A stretch of DNA of 64,000 bases from Pedosphaera sp. GTDB lineage: Bacteria; Verrucomicrobiota; Verrucomicrobiia; Limisphaerales; SIBH01. The notes beneath the pieces were generated by a model that searched no databases, had not been told where the DNA came from, and saw nothing but the letters and a program-made list of their open reading frames with translations. Within the stretch, counting starts at the first letter, position 1, and each line of letters begins with the position of its first letter. Position numbers and translations under genes: made by a program. Positions 50,869-60,061 of the stretch are shown in pieces. The stretch covers positions 23,774 through 87,773 of the forward strand of contig JANOQV010000102.1 in the NCBI GenBank assembly GCA_031414955.1. The letters are read 5' to 3'.

Positions 50869-52407
50869 TCATCCATTTGCACCGGAGCCAGCGGCATCGC
50901 CTCTGACTTCTTCGTTCCGGCGCAGCACCTCGTCACGCAGCACCTTCTCGGCGGTGGATTCCTTCTGCGGCTGGCGCTTCTGTTTCAAAGCAGCCCGTTT
51001 CGCTTTCTGCTCCTTGCGCCAAGCCGTGATGGAGCCAGCGCCGATATAGCCGGGCGAGTTGCAGAAGAGATTTCCAAACCGACGCGGGCTGCGGACGGAC
51101 ATGATGACCTCGGCGTTCTGGAAGAGATGGTGGTCGAGGTCGGCGTTCAACTTGGCGATGTCCGCCCCGCCGTTGGCCAGCCTGACGTAGCCGGTCACGT
51201 AGTCCATCGGCTTGAACATGTAGTAGAGCCAGCGGTTGACGGCGGCTTGGCTTTCGAGCGGCGCGATGTGCAGGTCTGGGTAGAGGCAGCGGCCACACGG
51301 CTGCTCGCTGTATACACGCTCGAACAATGCAAACATGGCCTTGGCCTGCTCGAATTCGATTGGTTCGGACGAGTTGAACAGGTCGTGCGTGTTCGGCGTG
51401 ATGTGATGCGACAGGAAGTGCCACGCAATTTCACGGCTGGCCAACGCGCCCGCGTGTATACCCACGCTCTTCAAGATGCTAACGTATTCCTCGGTGAAGA
51501 TGAACGTGGCGTTGTGACAGGCGACCACGGGGTTATCTACGCCATCCGCTTCTCCATGCTGGACGGTCAGGTTGCCTGCGCGTGGCATCCCCTTGTAGGG
51601 ATTGAAGCGCAGCGCCTTTTCCGTCTTCCCCGTCTTCCGGTCAGCTTTCTCGATGACGAGACGCAAGCCCGCATGGTCAGGGTTGCGGCGGAAGCTGAGG
51701 GTGATTGCATACCAGAACGGAGCCTTCACATAAACATGCCCGTATTCGTATACGGCGGGCTTGTAACGCAGCATGTCGGCGCACTGGATGCAGTGGTCGG
51801 GTAGCTGGCAGAAGTTGCCTTTCACGCCACACATCGCCATGCGCTCGCCGTGACCCCACGTCTCCGACAGCAGGCTGATGCCGATGCGCTCGCGGTAGAA
51901 CTTCTGGCCCTGCATCCACTTCGACCAGTTGTATCCTTTGAGGAAGCGGAGCAGGCGAGCACGCAGGTCGAAGTCGAGGTTCTTGTTCCGCAGGATGTCG
52001 TGCCAGCGCGAGCGGTTCACACATTGCAGTGGCAGCGGGCAGTCTGCTCCGGCCTCTGATGCGTCTGCCTCACGGAGCCACTTCTTCTCTGACCGCTGCA
52101 AGAACTCCGTCTCCGTGTCGAGGTCTGCGAGCTTGGCCAGCATCGCGTCCTCGTCACCGCAGTCAGGGAGCGCATAGTGCAGTGTGGAGGACGGTGCGGG
52201 GGGACATTCCTTTGATGAACATAGACTAGCTCCTGCCGTGCCAACATGTGGGGCTTGGACATTGTGAGGGGCATCATCGCCCTTCACCGACTCCGGCGGA
52301 GAGGTCGCCGCGCAGCCGGTTGAAAGGCCGAGAGTAGCAGCACCGGCTCCGCCCGGAGGCGGACACGGCTGCGCGGCTAAATTGTCGTCTCGCTGACTGC
52401 TACTCAT
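50869..52407 (-). CDS. Rolling-circle-type HUH replication initiator (Rep_1-like); true start may be 52143
   Basis: Cys cluster MCG..FC..HCIQC, motif 1 AITLS, variant motif 2 HITPNTHDL, motif 3 YMFKP. Confidence 0.6.
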   Translation of the reverse strand: MSSSQRDDNLAAQPCPPPGGAGAATLGLSTGCAATSPPESVKGDDAPHNVQAPHVGTAGASLCSSKECPPAPSSTLHYALPDCGDEDAMLAKLADLDTETEFLQRSEKKWLREADASEAGADCPLPLQCVNRSRWHDILRNKNLDFDLRARLLRFLKGYNWSKWMQGQKFYRERIGISLLSETWGHGERMAMCGVKGNFCQLPDHCIQCADMLRYKPAVYEYGHVYVKAPFWYAITLSFRRNPDHAGLRLVIEKADRKTGKTEKALRFNPYKGMPRAGNLTVQHGEADGVDNPVVACHNATFIFTEEYVSILKSVGIHAGALASREIAWHFLSHHITPNTHDLFNSSEPIEFEQAKAMFALFERVYSEQPCGRCLYPDLHIAPLESQAAVNRWLYYMFKPMDYVTGYVRLANGGADIAKLNADLDHHLFQNAEVIMSVRSPRRFGNLFCNSPGYIGAGSITAWRKEQKAKRAALKQKRQPQKESTAEKVLRDEVLRRNEEVRGDAAGSGANG

Positions 52408-52774
52408 GGGAACCTTTCAAGTTCGTGCTCTAACTACACACGGTAAGAACGCAGGCCGTGATGAAGGCCGGGAAGAAATGTGCGTATACAAGTTGCGCGA
52501 TGGCTCTATACGCACATGAAGTGTCGAACCCGGAGGAAGTCGTTGCTCAACCTGATGGGCTGTGGGCAAAGCAAGCGACGGCTGTTGGCTTCGGCTCGTG
52601 GTGGGGTTGGACACTGCTACAGCCGCACGCGGCGGTCATGGAAAGCACCGCGATGGGGTTGAATTCAATCGTCGGCGACGAAATAGGGACGGCCACAGCG
52701 GCTTGCAAATGTATACCGTTCCAAGCCTCATCGGCGCAGTTCTATTGGCCGTGAATTTTGAAGCAAGTTTTGCC

Positions 52775-53017
52775 ATGAACGGTTCGGTCGCGCCTATGCC
52801 CTTCGCGGTGGGTGCTGTTCCATTCGAGCACAGGATGCTCACGAAGCAGGAAACGGCGGAGTATTTCCGTGTCGAGGAACGCACGATTGAAACGTGGATG
52901 AAGGCGCGACTCATCCCCTACATCCGTATCGGCCACACCGTCAGGTTCAGGATGTCAGACCTGCTGCTCGAACTCGACCAGCGGTTCCGTGTCCCTTCAA
53001 AGCGGCGGGTGCCTTGA
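52775..53017 (+). CDS. Excisionase-like HTH_17 protein
   Basis: LTKQETAEYFRVEERTIETWMKARLIPYIRIGHTVRF; convergent with the integrase. Confidence 0.8.
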   Translation: MNGSVAPMPFAVGAVPFEHRMLTKQETAEYFRVEERTIETWMKARLIPYIRIGHTVRFRMSDLLLELDQRFRVPSKRRVP

Positions 53018-54248
53018 CGGGCTGTTCGAGTTGCACGATGACATCATCCCGGCCATCGGGTCGAACCGAGAACCACTTCACGGCCTGTTCCTTGGTCACG
53101 CACTTGAGGTAATTCTGGGTAATCACCTTGGGCGAGTTTCCGGCTTCGATGGACGTTTTCTGGATGTCGTCCGATTCAGCTACCCTGTAGCTCACGAAGC
53201 TGTGCCGCAGGCCGTTCCGCTTCCACTCCACGCCTGCCACTGTCGCCAGCTTTAACAATTGGTTTCCGTAATTTGCGTATTCGCAGACTGGGCCGGACTT
53301 GCGGGCGTGTGGCATCAGCCACGCCTTGAGGTTGGCGTGCATGGTCACAAATCGACGCACGCGGGTCTTGGTTATCGCCTTGCGAACTTCGATGTGGCCC
53401 TCCTGCATCTTCACGTCCGCCCAATCCAAGCGCCGGATTTCTTCCGAGCGCAGTCCGGCGAAGGCACCAATGGCGACGGCGGGCAGCAAGTCCTCTTTGG
53501 CTGAGGCAAGTAGTGTCTGAATCTCGGCAGGATTGAAGACCTCGACCTCCCCTTCATCCTCCGTCTCCTTTTCCACGTCCAAAACGCTTCGGTGCGACTG
53601 CGCGACGTAGCCGCGCTTCTTGGCGAAATTGACCAGTGTTCCGACAACGAGGCGGAAGTTGTTGGTAGACCTCGCGCTGAGGCTCAGGGATTGCAGGAAT
53701 CGTTCAATGTCCGCGCTGGTGACGTTGGCGATGGGGCAGGCGAAGGCGTCTCCAAACCTTGTCAACCGCAGCCGCAGGTCTTTGATGTAGAGGGCCGACC
53801 TGCCCTTCTCCTTCTTCGCGGCAAGCAATTCGTCCACGACCTCCGATACGCGCTTATGGACAATTCCGGCAGGCTGCTGAACAGCGAACAGTTTGGCCGC
53901 TTCAAGCAGGGAAGCGCCGTTCAGAAGTTTGGTGGCCTCCACAAACTGTTGCACCGCCACGTCGAGGCCGACGCCAAGCGGACGCAGCATCTCGATGGCT
54001 CGTGCGTAAGCGGCCCGCTCGTGTCCATTGAGTGTGAGCACGTCCATCTGCCCACGCGCCAACTTTTCGACAACCTCGTCGGCGTGCGCCTTGGCATCCT
54101 CGTATTTTGAAAACGTCGGGCGGACGCGCCTGCGCTCGGCGTCGTAATAGCAGAGCGTATACGACTCACAGCCCTTGCTCGGCGTCGCGTAGATGGTTAC
54201 GCAGCACGAACCGCGTTTGACGCGCAGCGGAAATTTCAGTTCTGCCAT
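52947..54248 (-). CDS. Tyrosine recombinase/integrase
   Basis: AGLRSEE (R), ITKT (K), NGLRHSF, AGNS, NYL (Y); adjacent to the tRNA 3' end. Confidence 0.92.
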   Translation of the reverse strand: MAELKFPLRVKRGSCCVTIYATPSKGCESYTLCYYDAERRRVRPTFSKYEDAKAHADEVVEKLARGQMDVLTLNGHERAAYARAIEMLRPLGVGLDVAVQQFVEATKLLNGASLLEAAKLFAVQQPAGIVHKRVSEVVDELLAAKKEKGRSALYIKDLRLRLTRFGDAFACPIANVTSADIERFLQSLSLSARSTNNFRLVVGTLVNFAKKRGYVAQSHRSVLDVEKETEDEGEVEVFNPAEIQTLLASAKEDLLPAVAIGAFAGLRSEEIRRLDWADVKMQEGHIEVRKAITKTRVRRFVTMHANLKAWLMPHARKSGPVCEYANYGNQLLKLATVAGVEWKRNGLRHSFVSYRVAESDDIQKTSIEAGNSPKVITQNYLKCVTKEQAVKWFSVRPDGRDDVIVQLEQPVKAPAALKGHGTAGRVRAAGLTS

Positions 54249-54289
54249 ACGTCCTCCAAGAACGTGATGGTTTGAAAAATTCCGGCCCC

Positions 54290-54310
54290 AACTGTCAGGA
54301 AACTGTCAGG
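54290..54310. repeat. Tandem AACTGTCAGG x2, candidate integrase arm-type sites
   Basis: Exact 10-mers at 54290-54299 and 54301-54310, between the integrase start and the tRNA. Confidence 0.6.
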
Positions 54311-54368
54311 TAAGGGGTGTCGACACGGCTTGTGTCCGTGTAAGTGCTTGCAATTAAGGCTGGCAGAT

Positions 54369-54442
54369 TGGAGCGGGTGAAGGGAATCGAACCCTCGTCT
54401 CAGCCTTGGGAAGGCCACATTCTACCATTGAACCACACCCGC
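54369..54442 (-). tRNA. tRNA-Gly(CCC)
   Basis: GCGGGTGTGGTTCAATGGTAGAATGTGGCCTTCCCAAGGCTGAGACGAGGGTTCGATTCCCTTCACCCGCTCCA: cloverleaf, TTCGA loop, encoded CCA. Confidence 0.96.
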
Positions 54443-54499
54443 GTCCGCACGTGGACACTTCATACCAGTGCCCCCGCTGCGACCGCAAGTTCCATCCTG

Positions 54500-55240
54500 A
54501 GGTTATCATTCGTGGGTGCGCACATCAGTTTTGAGACGGGGCGACTGAGCGGGCGTGAGGGAACTGATGATGCCCTCGGCCATGCCGCCGAAAAAATCCC
54601 CGACTCCTCAAGGCCTCGTCGCCACTTTAACTCCAGAACCGGCCCGTCCGTTAGCAGCGCACTTGTTCTTGCGGCCTGTCGATTCCATCGCCCTGCTGTC
54701 GGAACGTTTGCCTTTCTTACTGGCCGGGCCTTAGTCCGGCCGTTCACGGTGGGTTTGCAGGTGTTACTTCTGGCAGACGACGGTTTCTCGAACCGGGCCT
54801 TCCCCGCGTGCCCGGCCTTGCTCCAGTCCAGTCATGACTTCGCCACTGACTTAGGCCGGGAGTTTGTCCGGCAGCGGCTGGAAGCAGGGTTTCGCCACGC
54901 TGCAGCCTGCCACGGCCCTCCCGATCCGGGGCGCATGGCTTCAATCCAGAGCGGTGTTTGCAGCGGCTCCACCCAACCACGGGTCTGGCGGAGCCGCGAC
55001 TTACCATCTCCGGCAGGCCAGACTTTTGTCACTGGCATCGCTCAGGGCGACGCCCAGCAGCGGGCCTTTGCCACACGACGTGTCATCGCCCCATTTGAAC
55101 CTTGTTTGACTGGGATGATAATCGGCGTGGCATTTTTTCCTGACGGAAGTCATTCGGCACTGTCTTGCAGGCGTAGTGAGCCGGTTTCACAGATCGATCT
55201 CAGCAGTCCACGACCGCTTTTTCCAAGTAGGCGAGAAGTC
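54500..55240. ncRNA. Candidate large multi-hairpin ncRNA (boundaries and strand approximate)
   Basis: No convincing CDS; many local stems, e.g. GGCCGG..CCGGCC ~54722-41, CGGTT..AACCG ~54781-95, GCGGCTCC..GGAGCCGC ~54963-97. Confidence 0.4.
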
Positions 55241-55276
55241 GAAATCAAACTGCGGGGAGAATTCCTGAGGCAGTTG

Positions 55277-55295
55277 TTGCATCATCTTGATGCAA
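55277..55295. promoter_or_regulatory. Palindrome TTGCATCA-N3-TGATGCAA, candidate transcription-factor site
   Basis: Perfect 8-bp inverted repeat in the intergenic region downstream of pyrD. Confidence 0.35.
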
Positions 55296-55374
55296 GCAAT
55301 GCTCGGGCACCTGAGAATGATCAGGATCGGAGCTGACACGGTCGTGCGAGTTTGGCGGCGTCGCCATCATCCAG

Positions 55375-56469
55375 TCACGCTCCGGTGCCCACGGCCTGCT
55401 GGAGTGAGGTGAAGCCCCGACGGCGCAGACGCCGGGCCAGCCCGCGCACGATCTGCCGGGCCAGGGCCGGGCCTTCGTAAACCAGCCCGCTGTAAATCTG
55501 CACCAGCGACGCGCCGGCGGATATTTTCTCCCATGCATCATCGGCATTGAAGATGCCGCCGACGCCAAGGATGGGGAGCGCGCCGCGCGTTTGCCGGTGG
55601 ATGTGGCGAATAACCTCGGTGCTGCGCGCGCGCAACGGACGGCCGCTCAATCCACCTGACTCGGAGTAAATTCGGCGCGTGGCTTCGTCGCCCGGCTCGG
55701 GCCGGGTGATGGTGGTATTGGTGGCGACTAGGCCAGCCAGTTTGCGCGTGCCCACCAGTTCGATGATCTCGTCGAGGGCAGCGAAGTCCAGGTCGGGCGC
55801 GACCTTCACGAGCAGGGGCTTGGGATCGCAAGCGTTGACCTCCTGGAGCGCGGCGAGAATTTCGTCCAGCGCGGCCCGGTCCTGGAGCCGGCGCAGGTTG
55901 GGCGTATTGGGCGAACTGACGTTCACGACGAAGAAGTCGGCCAGGGGGCGTAACAATCGAAAAGAACTGGCGTAATCTTCGGCGGCGTTTTCATTGGAGG
56001 TGACTTTGGATTTGCCGAGGTTGATGCCCACCGGGTGTTTCGGCCAGCGGCCCGCGTCGCGCCACTGGCGGAGCTTCGCCGCCATCGCTTCCGCGCCGGG
56101 ATTGTTGAAACCCATGCGGTTGATGAGCGCCTCGTCGCACCGGGCGCGGAACATTCGCGGCGCGGGATTGCCCGGCTGCCCGTGCCAGGTTACGCCGCCC
56201 AGTTCGGCAAAACCAAAACCCAGCGCCTCCCACGCGGGCACGGCGGCGGCGTGCTTGTCCATGCCGGCGGCCAGTCCGACCGGATTGGGAAAGCGCAGGC
56301 CAAACAAATCGATCGGGAGCAAGGCCGAGCCGTAGAGAATGGAGAGCGCCCGACACAGGGGCGGCGAACCGCTCACCCAGGCCAAACTCGCGATGGTACG
56401 GTTGTGGATGCACTCCGAATCCTGCGTAAACAGGGCGGGGCGAATCAGGCGGCGGTAAGACCAGCTCAT
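55375..56469 (-). CDS. pyrD: Quinone-dependent dihydroorotate dehydrogenase (class 2)
   Basis: NPVGLAAGMDK, INRMGFNN, NVSSPNTPNLR, VKVAPDL, GGLSGRPL. Confidence 0.95.
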   Translation of the reverse strand: MSWSYRRLIRPALFTQDSECIHNRTIASLAWVSGSPPLCRALSILYGSALLPIDLFGLRFPNPVGLAAGMDKHAAAVPAWEALGFGFAELGGVTWHGQPGNPAPRMFRARCDEALINRMGFNNPGAEAMAAKLRQWRDAGRWPKHPVGINLGKSKVTSNENAAEDYASSFRLLRPLADFFVVNVSSPNTPNLRRLQDRAALDEILAALQEVNACDPKPLLVKVAPDLDFAALDEIIELVGTRKLAGLVATNTTITRPEPGDEATRRIYSESGGLSGRPLRARSTEVIRHIHRQTRGALPILGVGGIFNADDAWEKISAGASLVQIYSGLVYEGPALARQIVRGLARRLRRRGFTSLQQAVGTGA

Positions 56470-56688
56470 GCGCGGAAAGGTTGCGGGTTCGAGCTTGAAG
56501 GTTGCAAGTTGAAGGTTCGGCAGGGGCAGATTCGTTTCTGCCCCGCGGAATCTCCGACCAACTGGTATCGAACCCACGGACAGGAATTGGCCGAGACGCA
56601 TTTCTTCCCACAGTTTTGTTGCGACCGGGTGGCATTTCTATTTCAACGGGCGGGCCTTAGAAGGCAAGAGCCTGTTTACTAAACTGGC

Positions 56689-56952
56689 ATGATCGGAAGA
56701 AGTCATTTTTACATTGGGGTGATCGCGCTGGGCGTATGGTTGGCCTCTCCGTTCGAGGCGGCTGCCTACATCGACCCCGGGAGCAGCAGCTATCTGTTCC
56801 AACTCCTCATCGGTGGCCTGACGGCGCTGGCGTTTTTCTTTGGCAGCATCCGGCGGAAGGTGAGAGCGGGTTATCAATGGCTCTTCCGCCGCCGCCCGAG
56901 CGCCGGACCGGCACCACTCCCACAGGACAAGGCGACGGCGCGCGATGTCTGA
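56689..56952 (+). CDS. Small membrane protein with AYIDPGS motif
   Basis: Signal-like N-terminus, AYIDPGSSSYLFQLLIGG plus TM helix; overlaps the next gene. Confidence 0.65.
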   Translation: MIGRSHFYIGVIALGVWLASPFEAAAYIDPGSSSYLFQLLIGGLTALAFFFGSIRRKVRAGYQWLFRRRPSAGPAPLPQDKATARDV

Positions 56953-58381
56953 AGTTAAGACCGACCGGAACTCTTCCGCCTCCACCGCCTTCGAACACAG
57001 GCGTGAACTCACGCCGGTTCCTTCCTCGTTCCGCGATCCGTCCGGTGGCGTGGTCTTTGACGGGCGCGATTATCTGAGGCTAGTTCGGCCCGCCTATCAG
57101 CCGCACTACGACCGCCTCATGGCCTCGGGCCTGCACCGGGAACTGGTTCAGGAAAACCTGATCGTGGCGCATGGAGAGCTCCCCGCCCAGGCCACGCCCG
57201 ACGTTTACAAGCTGCTTCGCCCCGAGCAGGTGCCGTTCATTTCGTATCCGTACGAATGGTGTTTCAGCCAGTGGCGAGACGCCGCGCTGGCCACGCTGCG
57301 CATTCAGGAACTCGCCCTCGAGCGCGGCCTGACCCTCAAGGATGCCAGCGCCTTCAACCTCCAGTTCGTCGAGGGCAGGCCCAAGCTGATCGACACGCTG
57401 TCCTTCGAAACGCTGGGCGAACCACGGCCGTGGGCGGCCTACGGACAGTTCTGCCGCCACTTCCTCGCCCCGCTGGCCTTGATGAGTTATCGCGACGTGA
57501 GGCTCGGCCGACTGCTCCAGACGCACCTGGACGGGGTGCCGCTGGACCTTGCCAGCAAGCTGCTGCCCTGGCGAAGCCGCTGGTGTCTCTGGCTCCGGGT
57601 GCATCTGCACTGGCACGCCGCGAGCGAGCGGCGCTTCGAACATTCCACGCGGGCGGAAGCCGCCAAGAAATCCTATTCAGCCAATGCGCTGCGCGGACTG
57701 GTGGCCAGTTTACAAAAGGCGGTGCAAGACCTCCCCGAACCAGCCGAGGGCCGGGTCTGGTCAAATTACTACGACGAAACGGTCACCGGCGGCGATTACG
57801 TCGCGCACAAGCAACGGCTGGTCGGGCAATGGTTGCAGGAAATGAAACCGCGTTCGCTCTGGGATCTCGGAGCCAACACGGGATTATTCAGCCGTCTGGC
57901 CGCCGCGCAGGGTGTGAACACGATTGCCTTTGATTCGGATGCCGCGTGCGTGGAGCGGAATTATCAGGCCGCGCGCCAGGACGGCACTCACAACCTGCTT
58001 CCGTTGCTGATGGATCTGACCAACCCCACGCCCGCGCTCGGCTGGGAAAATACCGAACGCATGGCGTTCGTCGGGCGCGGCCAGCCCGAGGCTGTGCTCG
58101 CCCTGGCCCTGGTCCATCATCTGGCCTTGGGCAACAATCTGCCGCTGGATCGCATCGCCCGCTTTTTCGCCGGGCTGAGTTCAAATCTGATCATCGAGTT
58201 CGTGCCGAAGAACGATTCCAACGCGCAGAAGCTCCTGCGCGTACGCGAGGACATTTTCCCGGACTACACCCAGCAGGAGTTTGAGCGGGCCTTCTCGGCT
58301 TGCTTCACGATTGTGCAGACTGAGGCGATGTCGAACTCAAATCGTGTCCTCTACCAGATGGCACGCCGGGCGGCCTCATGA
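56945..58381 (+). CDS. NoeA-like protein: kinase-like N-terminus plus class I SAM methyltransferase
   Basis: SFRDPSG, SYPYEW, LKDASAFN, WDLGANTG, LALVHHL. Confidence 0.8.
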   Translation: MSEVKTDRNSSASTAFEHRRELTPVPSSFRDPSGGVVFDGRDYLRLVRPAYQPHYDRLMASGLHRELVQENLIVAHGELPAQATPDVYKLLRPEQVPFISYPYEWCFSQWRDAALATLRIQELALERGLTLKDASAFNLQFVEGRPKLIDTLSFETLGEPRPWAAYGQFCRHFLAPLALMSYRDVRLGRLLQTHLDGVPLDLASKLLPWRSRWCLWLRVHLHWHAASERRFEHSTRAEAAKKSYSANALRGLVASLQKAVQDLPEPAEGRVWSNYYDETVTGGDYVAHKQRLVGQWLQEMKPRSLWDLGANTGLFSRLAAAQGVNTIAFDSDAACVERNYQAARQDGTHNLLPLLMDLTNPTPALGWENTERMAFVGRGQPEAVLALALVHHLALGNNLPLDRIARFFAGLSSNLIIEFVPKNDSNAQKLLRVREDIFPDYTQQEFERAFSACFTIVQTEAMSNSNRVLYQMARRAAS

Positions 58382-59826
58382 ACAAGCTTCCGCCCCTCAC
58401 GCCGTTCCTGGTCAGCACCTTCTTCGTGCTGGTGAACCATCGGGAATTGCAGCCCTTCGTGAAGTGGGAGGAATTGCTCGGAGTGTGGACGCTGGCGCTC
58501 GCCATCACCTACGCCGGGTTCCGGTTGGTGTGTTGTTTCGTCAAAGATATCCGCAAAGCCGGGTTGCTCACCGTGCTGCTGGTGCTTTTCTTCTGCTTCT
58601 ATGGGGACTTCGACCACAGCTTGAAACGACTGGTGAACGGGTGCGGCTGGCCGGCGCTGGCGCACGCTCACTTCCTTGCGCCAGTCTTGCTGACGCTCTT
58701 TGGGGTGGCGGCGGCGGCGGTCTTGCGCACGCGCTGGCCGCTGCTGCGCTTGAAGGCGGTACTCCGCGTCTTCTTGGCCGGAATGATCCTCGCGACCGTG
58801 CTCCTGCTGCATCTCTTTCCCACCCAGTTCGTTTCCCGCCGCGATCGACCGCGCGAAGTAGATGAGCACGGCCCGTTCACCCAAATCAACCAGCGTCCCG
58901 ACATCTACTACATCGTCCTCGACTGCTACACGAGCACGGAGAACCTGAAAAAATTCTGGGGTTATGACAATAGCAGCTTCACCGCGTTTCTGGAGTCGAA
59001 CGGATTCTTCGTGGTGCCTGATGCCCAGGCGAATTACGACATGACTCCTCGCTGCATGGCCAGCGCGCTGAACATGGCGCACATCCAGAGGCCGGCCGAG
59101 GGCCTGAGCGAATGGGGCCGGGTCAACCGCATGTGCGAAATCATCGACCTCGCCTCGGCCCCGCAAAAGCTGCGGGAAAACGGCTATGAGATCGTGAACC
59201 TTTCGCTCTTCGATGTCGCCGGCCAGCCGCAATTCTACAACAACGCCCCGATCGATTACCTCTCGCTGCTGGATTTGATGCGCCTCAAATCCCTTTTCGG
59301 CTATGCGGAAAGCTGGTGGAAGCGGCAGCACATGGCTGATTTGCACTTGAAGATTTTTCAGCGACTGGCCGAGGCCGCCGCCGTCCCCCACCCGGCCCGG
59401 CCACGTTTCATTTATGCGCACATCCTGGCCCCGCACTACCCTTACGTCTTCCATGCCGGGGGGAAGCGCTCTGGTCTGGTCTCCAATACCGGCACACCCC
59501 AGGAGTATCTCGAACAATTGAAGTACGTGAATCACCTCACCACCAACGCCATCGCCACGATCCGGGCGCGCTCCAAGTCGCCGCCCATCATTGTGCTCCA
59601 GGGCGACCACGGCTTCCGGGCTTTGCCCGCACCGAATCAACACGAGTCGGCCCGGAAGATCCTGAACGCCTACCACTTGCCCGGTGGCTCACGCGACTGG
59701 GTCTATGGCGGCATCACGCCCGTCAATACTTTCCGCGTGATTTTTAACCGCTACTTCGGAGCGCACTACCCGCTCGTGCCAGACGAATTTCATCACCGCA
59801 ACGACACGCTGCCGTTGAGTCCGTGA
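58378..59826 (+). CDS. Membrane-anchored sulfatase/LTA-synthase-like protein
   Basis: N-terminal TM helices, PDIYYIVLD, PHYPY, LQGDHG, TPVNTFR. Confidence 0.8.
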   Translation: MNKLPPLTPFLVSTFFVLVNHRELQPFVKWEELLGVWTLALAITYAGFRLVCCFVKDIRKAGLLTVLLVLFFCFYGDFDHSLKRLVNGCGWPALAHAHFLAPVLLTLFGVAAAAVLRTRWPLLRLKAVLRVFLAGMILATVLLLHLFPTQFVSRRDRPREVDEHGPFTQINQRPDIYYIVLDCYTSTENLKKFWGYDNSSFTAFLESNGFFVVPDAQANYDMTPRCMASALNMAHIQRPAEGLSEWGRVNRMCEIIDLASAPQKLRENGYEIVNLSLFDVAGQPQFYNNAPIDYLSLLDLMRLKSLFGYAESWWKRQHMADLHLKIFQRLAEAAAVPHPARPRFIYAHILAPHYPYVFHAGGKRSGLVSNTGTPQEYLEQLKYVNHLTTNAIATIRARSKSPPIIVLQGDHGFRALPAPNQHESARKILNAYHLPGGSRDWVYGGITPVNTFRVIFNRYFGAHYPLVPDEFHHRNDTLPLSP

Positions 59827-60061
59827 CGGCAGCCGCAGGGGCGAGCGCGGTCAACCAGGGACATGCAATTCCCGTCGCCCCTTGGCGCCCACTTCCGTCC
59901 AGCCTCAGGCTGATGCCAAAACTCTACTTACTCACACGGGATTCCGGCTTTTTCCCGGTTGCGCCAGCGGTGCAATCTGTTTCTATTCCCGTCCCGGATT
60001 GGATGGATTCGCTGGCCTGAAGTGGGTCGTCGTTACCCTCGCCTTTCCGGGGAGATTAAAT

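Larger units (their letters stand above)
1..54368. mobile_element. tRNA-Gly-integrated genomic island / integrative element; distal end outside the window
   Basis: Integrase, xis and Rep next to the tRNA 3' end; accessory cargo; GATC depletion across this span versus abundance beyond the tRNA. Confidence 0.75.

Noticed and set aside
1..54368. Second att copy (tRNA-Gly 3' end duplicate)
   Set aside because: No TGGAGCGGGTGAAGGG-like copy seen by eye in the window; the distal boundary is probably outside.
54344..55336. 330-aa + strand ORF
   Set aside because: Overlaps the tRNA antisense, has atypical composition and no recognisable domain.
56478..56520. Short imperfect heptamer repeats (AAGGTTG-like) upstream of pyrD
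   Set aside because: Too short and degenerate to support a functional call.
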